A stretch of 35,686 nt of DNA from the IMG/VR virus record IMGVR_UViG_2923302340_000008, one strand, 5' to 3'. The notes beneath the pieces are model-generated. The model saw only the letters and a list, made by a program, of their open reading frames with translations. It had not been told where the DNA came from and did no database searches. Below, piece after piece: positions 28,776 through 35,686 of the stretch. How positions within the stretch are numbered: position 1 is the first letter of the stretch; each line of letters starts with the position of its first letter. Source of the stretch: a virus. Its lineage: Duplodnaviria > Heunggongvirae > Uroviricota > Caudoviricetes. A program made the position numbers and the translations under genes.

Positions 28776-31700
28776 ATGGCAGTAAAGATTTCAGGTGTAC
28801 TGAAAGACGGCACAGGAAAACCGGTACAGAACTGCACAATCCAGCTGAAAGCAAAACGTAACAGTACCACGGTGGTGGTGAACACGCTGGCCTCAGAAAA
28901 TCCGGATGAAGCCGGGCGTTACAGCATGGACGTTGAGTACGGGCAGTACAGCGTTATTCTGTTGGTGGAAGGATTCCCGCCGTCACATGCCGGGATCATC
29001 ACCGTGTATGAAGATTCTCAACCCGGTACGCTGAATGATTTTCTCGGTGCCATGACGGAGGATGATGCCCGTCCGGAGGCACTGCGCCGTTTTGAACTGA
29101 TGGTGGAAGAGGTGGCGCGTAACGCGTCCGTGGTGGCACAGAACACGGCAGTCGCGAAGAAGTCAGCCGGCGATGCCGGCACATCTGCCCGTGAGGCGGC
29201 AACCCATGCGACTGATGCTGCAGGCTCAGCACGCGCAGCCAGCACGTCAGCCGGACAGGCCGCTTCGTCGGCTCAGTCAGCGTCTTCCAGCGCAGGAACG
29301 GCATCAACAAAGGCCACTGAAGCGGAAAAAAGTGCTGCCGCTGCAGAGTCCTCAAAAAGCGCGGCGGCCATCAGTGCCGCTGCGGCGAAAACGTCAGAAA
29401 CGAATGCGGCAGAGTCACAACAATCAGCAGCCACTTCTGCATCCACCGCGACCACGAAAGCGTCAGAAGCTGCCACCTCAGCCCGGGATGCGTCAGCTTC
29501 AAAAGAGGCGGCAAAATCATCAGAAACGAGCGCAGCCTCGAGCGCCAGCAGCGCAGCTTCCTCGGCAACGGCGACAGCAAATTCTGCGAAGGCGGCAAAA
29601 ACGTCCGAGACGAACGCTAAGTCTTCTGAAACGGCAGCGGGACAGAGTGCCTCAGCTGCGGCAGGCTCAAAAACAGCGGCTGCGTCGTCTGCCAGTGCCG
29701 CGTCAACAAGTGCCGGGCAGGCCTCAGCCAGTGCCACCGCTGCCGGAAAATCGGCAGAAAGCGCCGCATCGTCCGCTTCAACAGCCACAACGAAGGCTGG
29801 CGAAGCCACTGAACAGGCCAGTGCAGCAGCGAGGTCTGCTTCCGCAGCGAAGACATCCGAGACGAACGCGAAAGCGTCGGAAACCAGCGCAGAATCCTCA
29901 AAAACGGCTGCCGCATCGTCCGCCAGTTCGGCGGCGTCATCGGCATCATCTGCGTCTGCTTCAAAAGATGAGGCGACCAGACAGGCGTCAGCAGCGAAGG
30001 GCAGCGCCACGACGGCATCCACGAAGGCGACAGAGGCTGCTGGTAGTGCGACGGCAGCAGCTCAGAGCAAAAGTACGGCGGAATCTGCAGCAACGCGCGC
30101 TGAGACAGCGGCAAAACGGGCAGAGGATATTGCATCCGCCGTGGCGCTTGAGGATGCGAGCACGACGAAAAAGGGGATAGTACAGCTCAGTAGTGCGACT
30201 AACAGCACTTCCGAGTCACTGGCGGCAACACCAAAAGCCGTTAAGGCCGCGTATGACCTGGCTAACGGGAAATACACCGCACAGGATGCAACGACAGCAC
30301 AGAAAGGGATAATCCAGCTAAGCAGCGCGACCAACAGCACGTCTGAAACGCTGGCGGCAACGCCAAAGGCAGTAAAAGCAGCCAATGACAATGCTGAGAA
30401 ACGTCTGCAGAAAGATCAGAACGGTGCGGATATCCCTGGCAAAGACACCTTTACGAAAAATATTGGTGCCTGCCGTGCCTTCGGTGGGTCAGTAAGCACA
30501 ACAACAGGAAACTGGACGACTGCACAGTTTATCGAGTGGCTGGATTCTCAGGGAGCATTTAACCATCCATACTGGATGTGCAAGAGTTCCTGGTCTTATG
30601 GCAATAATAAAATCATTACTGATACTGGCTGCGGTAATATTCATCTCGCCGGAGCTGTCATTGAAGTAATGGGGATAAAGTCAGCGATGACGATCCGCAT
30701 TACCACTCCGACCACATCCAGCGGTGGCGGAACAACCAACGCCCAGTTTACCTATATTAATCACGGAACAGATTATTCACCTGGCTGGCGAAGGGACTAT
30801 AACTCCAGAAATAAGCCAACGGCATCAGAGATCGGGGCGCTACCGTCAGGTGGAACAGCAGTATCATCAGTTAATCTGGCTTCAAAAGGTCGGGTAGCCG
30901 CGCTGACAGACAATACGCAGGGGGCAGCAGGTCTTGAGTTATACGAGGTGTATAACAACGGATATCCAACAGCGTATGGAAATATCATTCACCTGAAAGG
31001 GATGACAGCCGTTGGCGAAGGTGAGTTACTCATCGGCTGGAGTGGTACAAGCGGTGCTCATGCTCCGGCATTTATTCGTTCACGACGGGATACGACCGAC
31101 GCAAACTGGTCGCCGTGGGCGCAGCTTTACACCTCAGCTCATCCTCCTGCAGAGTTTTATCCAGTCGGTGCACCAATCCCGTGGCCATCAGATACCGTTC
31201 CGTCTGGTTATACCCTGATGCAGGGGCAGACTTTTGACAAATCTGCATACCCGAAACTTGCAGCCGCTTATCCGTCAGGCGTGATCCCTGATATGCGTAG
31301 CTGGACGATTAAGGGCAAACCTGCCAGTGGTCGGGCCGTATTGTCTCAGGAACAGGACGGCATTAAATCGCACACCCACAGCGCCAGCGCATCCAGTACG
31401 GATTTGGGGACGAAAACCACATCGTCGTTTGATTACGGCACTAAATCCACGAATAACATCGGGGCGCATACGCACAGTGTGAGCGGTACAGCCGCAAGTG
31501 CCGGAAACCATACTCATAGTGTCACAGGCGCATCAGCAGTCAGCCAGTGGTCACAAAATGGGTCAGTACATAAGGTAGTGTCTGCGGCCAGTGTGAATAC
31601 AAGTGCTGCAGGAGCGCACACTCATAGTGTCAGCGGCACAGCTGCATCTGCAGGTGCTCACGCACATACTGTCGGTATTGGTGCTCATACGCACTCTGTT

Positions 31701-31802
31701 GCGATTGGCTCACATGGACACACCATCACCGTTAACGCTGCTGGTAACGCGGAAAACACCGTCAAAAACATCGCATTTAACTATATTGTGAGGCTTGCAT
31801 AA
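28776..31802 (+). CDS. stf: Side tail fibre protein Stf (lambda orf401/orf314-type)
   Basis: N-terminus [26 protein letters not shown]… and C-terminus …[28 protein letters not shown] closely match recalled lambda Stf. A long Ala/Ser-rich repetitive core is present. Confidence 0.9.
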   Translation: MAVKISGVLKDGTGKPVQNCTIQLKAKRNSTTVVVNTLASENPDEAGRYSMDVEYGQYSVILLVEGFPPSHAGIITVYEDSQPGTLNDFLGAMTEDDARPEALRRFELMVEEVARNASVVAQNTAVAKKSAGDAGTSAREAATHATDAAGSARAASTSAGQAASSAQSASSSAGTASTKATEAEKSAAAAESSKSAAAISAAAAKTSETNAAESQQSAATSASTATTKASEAATSARDASASKEAAKSSETSAASSASSAASSATATANSAKAAKTSETNAKSSETAAGQSASAAAGSKTAAASSASAASTSAGQASASATAAGKSAESAASSASTATTKAGEATEQASAAARSASAAKTSETNAKASETSAESSKTAAASSASSAASSASSASASKDEATRQASAAKGSATTASTKATEAAGSATAAAQSKSTAESAATRAETAAKRAEDIASAVALEDASTTKKGIVQLSSATNSTSESLAATPKAVKAAYDLANGKYTAQDATTAQKGIIQLSSATNSTSETLAATPKAVKAANDNAEKRLQKDQNGADIPGKDTFTKNIGACRAFGGSVSTTTGNWTTAQFIEWLDSQGAFNHPYWMCKSSWSYGNNKIITDTGCGNIHLAGAVIEVMGIKSAMTIRITTPTTSSGGGTTNAQFTYINHGTDYSPGWRRDYNSRNKPTASEIGALPSGGTAVSSVNLASKGRVAALTDNTQGAAGLELYEVYNNGYPTAYGNIIHLKGMTAVGEGELLIGWSGTSGAHAPAFIRSRRDTTDANWSPWAQLYTSAHPPAEFYPVGAPIPWPSDTVPSGYTLMQGQTFDKSAYPKLAAAYPSGVIPDMRSWTIKGKPASGRAVLSQEQDGIKSHTHSASASSTDLGTKTTSSFDYGTKSTNNIGAHTHSVSGTAASAGNHTHSVTGASAVSQWSQNGSVHKVVSAASVNTSAAGAHTHSVSGTAASAGAHAHTVGIGAHTHSVAIGSHGHTITVNAAGNAENTVKNIAFNYIVRLA

Positions 31803-32377
31803 TGGCATTCAGAATGAGTGAACAACCACGGACCATAAAAATTTATAATCTGCTGTCCGGAACTAATGAATTTATTGGTGAAGGTGATGCATATATTCCG
31901 CCTCATACAGGTCTGCCAGCAAACAGTACCGATATTGCACCGCCAGATATTCCGGCTGGTTTCGTGGCTGTTTTCAACAGTGATGAGTCATCGTGGCATC
32001 TCGTTGAAGATCATCGGGGTAAAACGGTTTATGACGTGGCTTCCGGCGACGCGTTATTTATTTCTGAACTCGGCTCATTACCGGAAAATGTCACCTGGTT
32101 ATCCCCGGAAGGGGAGTTTCAGAAGTGGAACGGCACAGCCTGGGTGAAGGATACGGAAGCAGAAAAACTGTTCCGGATCCGGGAGGCGGAAGAAACAAAA
32201 AACAGCCTGATGCAGGTAGCCAGTGAGCATATAGCGCCGCTTCAGGATGCTGTGGATCTGGAGATCGCAACGGAGGAAGAAACCTTGTTGCTGGAAGCCT
32301 GGAAAAAGTATCGGGTGTTGCTGAACCGTGTTGATACATCAACTGCACCGGATATTGAATGGCCAGCCCTACCGTAG
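31802..32377 (+). CDS. tfa: Tail fibre assembly protein Tfa
   Basis: 191-aa ORF overlapping the stf stop (TAATG). Size and position match lambda Tfa. Confidence 0.8.
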   Translation: MAFRMSEQPRTIKIYNLLSGTNEFIGEGDAYIPPHTGLPANSTDIAPPDIPAGFVAVFNSDESSWHLVEDHRGKTVYDVASGDALFISELGSLPENVTWLSPEGEFQKWNGTAWVKDTEAEKLFRIREAEETKNSLMQVASEHIAPLQDAVDLEIATEEETLLLEAWKKYRVLLNRVDTSTAPDIEWPALP

Positions 32378-32474
32378 GGTAAGATATATAAATTCTATAA
32401 TTAGAAGTATCTTTCCATTTAAGGCTAGGAAGGGGGGCTTGGAAAACGTAAGGAATCTCACACCGAGATTATTT

Positions 32475-33065
32475 TTATATATCAGGTGTCTGATTTTTTG
32501 CTTTAGCTCTTAAAATGGTTTGCCGCGAGGTTTTGAATTCTTGGGCAATGTCACTTATATTTATACCTGACTTAATTTGCTCTAGTACCCTCTGTATTTG
32601 TTCATCATTTAACACAGGTGGGCGACCAAATCGCTTTCCTGCGCCCCGTGCTCTTAATATCCCTGAATGAGTACGCTCAAGTAAAAGGTCTCGCTCAAAT
32701 TCAGCGACTGCTGAAATTACTTGCATCATCATTTTTCCAGGTGGACTGGTCAGGTCAACGCCCCCCAATGCTAAGCAATGCACTTTGATACCTGCTTTGG
32801 TCAGTTGTTCCACCGTTTTACTGATATCCATTGGATTACAACCGAGGCGATCCAGTTTTGTGACAATCAATGCATCACCTCTTTTCAGTCGATCAAGCAA
32901 CTGGTTAAAACCAGGACGCTCACTGGTTGCTGCTGAGCCGCTAATTTGTTCTTCAATTATTTGCTGAGATTTGATGTTAAAACCTGCACTTTCGATTTCC
33001 CGACGTTGATTTTTGGTTGTTTGTTCCAGAGTTGATACCCGACAGTAAGCATAAATTCGAGACAT
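32475..33065 (-). CDS. pin: Serine recombinase / DNA invertase (Pin/Gin/Hin family)
   Basis: 196-aa product [15 protein letters not shown]… has the catalytic Ser near the N-terminus and a C-terminal HTH. Length matches PinQ/PinR. Confidence 0.9.
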   Translation of the reverse strand: MSRIYAYCRVSTLEQTTKNQRREIESAGFNIKSQQIIEEQISGSAATSERPGFNQLLDRLKRGDALIVTKLDRLGCNPMDISKTVEQLTKAGIKVHCLALGGVDLTSPPGKMMMQVISAVAEFERDLLLERTHSGILRARGAGKRFGRPPVLNDEQIQRVLEQIKSGINISDIAQEFKTSRQTILRAKAKNQTPDI

Positions 33066-33383
33066 AGTGAGATCTTCTATACGAAATTGGTGTACATATC
33101 ATAATGCATCTCAGGAAATAATTTTGATTATTTTTGTACATATTTGTATGTACACGTTCGAAAATAAACGAATGCGTATGCAACCCCGTAATTTTGGTGA
33201 GACCCAAAATCGATTTTGTGAAAAATGGCCTTAACTCGGTTTGTTTTTCGAGTTCCGGGCGGACTCAAGGAAGAAGAATAGTGTTGCGTGTTATTTCAAC
33301 CAGATTTCAAGTTGTTTGGTCGTGGAAAAGTGGAGCAAAATGTTGTTAAAGTGGAAAAATGATAAAAAAGTAAGTTTATTATA

Positions 33384-33617
33384 TTACATTTTACCATTTA
33401 AATTTTTGTTGTCTTTAAGAACTGATATCGCTGTTTGTAATAATTCTTTGTTATCCAGCCATGACTTTTTCTTTATGTTTCCTTCAATGTAATCAAGCAA
33501 TGTTCTGGTATTGATAGGTCTTCCCTGTTTTGCTACTTCCACTACAGCATCCCCTAGGATAATTCTTACTTCAGGAAGCTGCGCAGGGAACCACTTTAGG
33601 GTGTCTTTTGATTTCAT
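33384..33617 (-). CDS. ydfK: YdfK/YnaE-like small protein
   Basis: 77-aa product MKSKDTLKWFPAQLPEVRIILGDAVVEVAKQGRPINTRTLLDYIEGNIKKK… matches recalled YdfK/YnaE. It lies adjacent to pin as in Qin. Confidence 0.75.
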   Translation of the reverse strand: MKSKDTLKWFPAQLPEVRIILGDAVVEVAKQGRPINTRTLLDYIEGNIKKKSWLDNKELLQTAISVLKDNKNLNGKM

Positions 33618-34402
33618 GAAGATATTCCTTAAAATATTATTGATTTTCATTGCGATATTGTATGTCTGATTCAGGATATGTTGACTTATACATCGGTTTT
33701 GTCTGGGTTATTGGATATGCCAATCCCTAATTTTATTAGAGCATGACTAAAAATGCTGAATATGATAAGGAGCGAAGTGATTATCAGTATGCTGTTCATA
33801 TAGCCTCGAATTAGTAATGTGTTATATATGATATAGTTGACAATTTTTATCCTGGGGGTTCTTAAAGTTCGTAGATAAACATTGTCGTTTCAGGTATACA
33901 GGAATGCTAACAGGTGGCGGCAAAAATCAGGCGGTTTATGGCGCAAGCTGAAGTGGCAACTGCAAACTATCTTATGCAGAGACTCTACACGGATTGGGTT
34001 TAAAAGTATACATAGATAACAGTTTTTATCTGAAGAAGAAAAATATCAAGGTGATATAGCCTATATGCCTTTGATGCGGAGGAATGAATGTGATGGGAGT
34101 GATGTATCTGAATAGTTGAAAAACCGCAGACACGCCTTATGCAAGAACGTGCTGCGGTTGGCTGGTAAATTTTTCGATAGTGCGAGTATTGAATGATTTC
34201 CAGCCGTTATTGATTTTACGCGTAAATCCATGAAAAAACTACTTATCTGTTGGGGAGTCTTTTTGGGGCATATATGGGACAGAAATAGGCCCCAGATAGA
34301 CACTGAGATCGAACTTAGGATGCTTTTTAAAAAATGCAACTATCTGAAAAAACCTAGAAAACGCCAAGGAAACCACAGGATGGGAAAAAACACCTGTGAA
34401 TT

Positions 34403-35686
34403 ATGGATTTCCAGTTATATTCGCTCGGCGCAGCGTTAGTGTTTCATGAAATATTTTTTCCTGAATCATCAACGGCAATGGCGTTAATTCTGGCAATGGG
34501 AACCTACGGTGCAGGTTATGTGGCGCGTATTGTCGGAGCATTTATTTTCGGCAAAATGGGCGACAGAATCGGGCGTAAAAAAGTGCTCTTTATTACCATC
34601 ACTATGATGGGGATCTGTACTACCTTAATTGGTGTGCTGCCGACCTATGCACAAATTGGTGTGTTTGCGCCAATTTTGCTGGTGACGCTGCGTATTATTC
34701 AGGGGCTGGGGGCAGGCGCGGAAATTTCCGGTGCCGGCACGATGCTGGCGGAATATGCACCAAAAGGTAAGCGCGGAATTATCTCCTCATTTGTTGCTAT
34801 GGGGACTAACTGCGGAACCTTGAGCGCAACGGCAATCTGGGCCTTTATGTTCTTCATTCTCAGTAAAGAGGAACTGCTTGCGTGGGGATGGCGTATACCG
34901 TTCCTGGCGAGCGTTGTCGTGATGGTCTTTGCTATCTGGTTGCGTATGAATCTGAAAGAAAGCCCGGTCTTTGAGAAGGTTAACGACAGCAACCAACCGA
35001 CAGCAAAACCTGCACCTGCTGGTAGCATGTTCCAGAGCAAATCCTTCTGGCTGGCAACAGGGCTGCGTTTTGGTCAGGCTGGTAACTCCGGTTTAATTCA
35101 GACTTTCCTTGCAGGCTATTTAGTGCAGACGTTATTGTTTAACAAAGCAATTCCAACAGATGCATTGATGATCAGTTCGATTCTCGGCTTTATGACCATT
35201 CCGTTCCTTGGTTGGTTATCCGATAAAATAGGTCGCCGGATCCCGTATATTATTATGAATACCTCTGCGATTGTGCTGGCGTGGCCAATGCTTTCTATCA
35301 TCGTAGATAAAAGCTATGCCCCGAGCACCATTATGGTTGCACTGATTGTGATTCATAACTGTGCGGTGCTGGGATTATTTGCTCTGGAAAACATTACCAT
35401 GGCAGAAATGTTCGGCTGTAAAAACCGCTTTACCCGGATGGCGATTTCTAAAGAAATTGGTGGTCTTATCGCTTCCGGTTTTGGTCCTATCCTGGCGGGT
35501 ATTTTCTGCACCATGACGGAATCCTGGTATCCGATCGCCATTATGATCATGGCATATTCAGTGATTGGTTTAATCTCTGCGCTGAAAATGCCAGAAGTGA
35601 GAGACCGTGATTTAAGTGCACTGGAAGATGCCGCGGAAGATCAACCGCGTGTTGTAACAGCTGCGCAACCTTCAAGAAGTCTGTAA
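34403..35686 (+). CDS. ydfJ: MFS-family metabolite:H+ symporter YdfJ (host gene; 5' part apparently separated by the prophage)
   Basis: 427-aa ORF with multiple TM segments. It begins at MDFQLY…, resembling the conserved N-terminal MFS motif, but an in-frame TGA lies 4 nt upstream. The product matches recalled YdfJ, the known Qin insertion target. Confidence 0.8.
   Translation: MDFQLYSLGAALVFHEIFFPESSTAMALILAMGTYGAGYVARIVGAFIFGKMGDRIGRKKVLFITITMMGICTTLIGVLPTYAQIGVFAPILLVTLRIIQGLGAGAEISGAGTMLAEYAPKGKRGIISSFVAMGTNCGTLSATAIWAFMFFILSKEELLAWGWRIPFLASVVVMVFAIWLRMNLKESPVFEKVNDSNQPTAKPAPAGSMFQSKSFWLATGLRFGQAGNSGLIQTFLAGYLVQTLLFNKAIPTDALMISSILGFMTIPFLGWLSDKIGRRIPYIIMNTSAIVLAWPMLSIIVDKSYAPSTIMVALIVIHNCAVLGLFALENITMAEMFGCKNRFTRMAISKEIGGLIASGFGPILAGIFCTMTESWYPIAIMIMAYSVIGLISALKMPEVRDRDLSALEDAAEDQPRVVTAAQPSRSL

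Noticed and set aside
29173-30180. Long alternative-frame ORFs (335 aa Arg/Gln-rich on plus strand, 249 aa and 172 aa on minus strand) overlapping the side tail fibre gene
   Set aside because: They fall entirely within the GC-rich Ala/Ser repeat region of stf. Their products are low-complexity. The stf frame is supported by end-to-end similarity to lambda Stf.
34230-34439. 69-aa plus-strand ORF just upstream of ydfJ
   Set aside because: It lies across the presumed prophage-host junction, has a basic low-complexity product, and has no RBS.

Overview
The window is almost entirely a Qin-like, defective lambdoid prophage (about 34.4 kb visible), inserted in the host MFS transporter gene ydfJ, whose 3' portion begins at 34403. 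All calls are from reading the sequence and the ORF track; family names come from recalled protein and RNA sequences and need confirmation by database search. Left to right: integrase, excisionase-like protein and a large DnaQ-type exonuclease (all minus strand), then the cell-division-control operon ydfD, dicB, dicF sRNA and ydfA under a DicA-like repressor, with a divergent DicC-like gene. Next come an early protein, a replication initiator with internal iterons, a small wHTH protein, an AT-rich 518-aa P-loop NTPase, a Hok toxin, a DUF968 protein and a Q-like antiterminator with a downstream terminator. A cargo island follows (Blc-like lipocalin, DUF523/DUF1722 protein, an IS2 copy with a 5-bp target duplication, AraC-family regulator), then the lysis cassette (S21-like holin, extra ORF, SAR-type endolysin, Rz/Rz1), a cold-shock protein, a GnsB-like protein, a cos-like site, terminase small and large subunits, gpW and portal. 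An IS3-family element truncates the head protease gene and abuts the 3' end of a J-like tail gene, so the head and tail morphogenesis genes are missing. The right arm carries lom, a lambda-type side tail fibre, tfa, a Pin-type invertase and a YdfK-like gene. The most promising candidate for an undescribed system is the AT-rich NTPase at 8622..10178, which sits where Qin of E. coli K-12 carries relBE next to hokD. No CRISPR array, rRNA or tRNA was seen.
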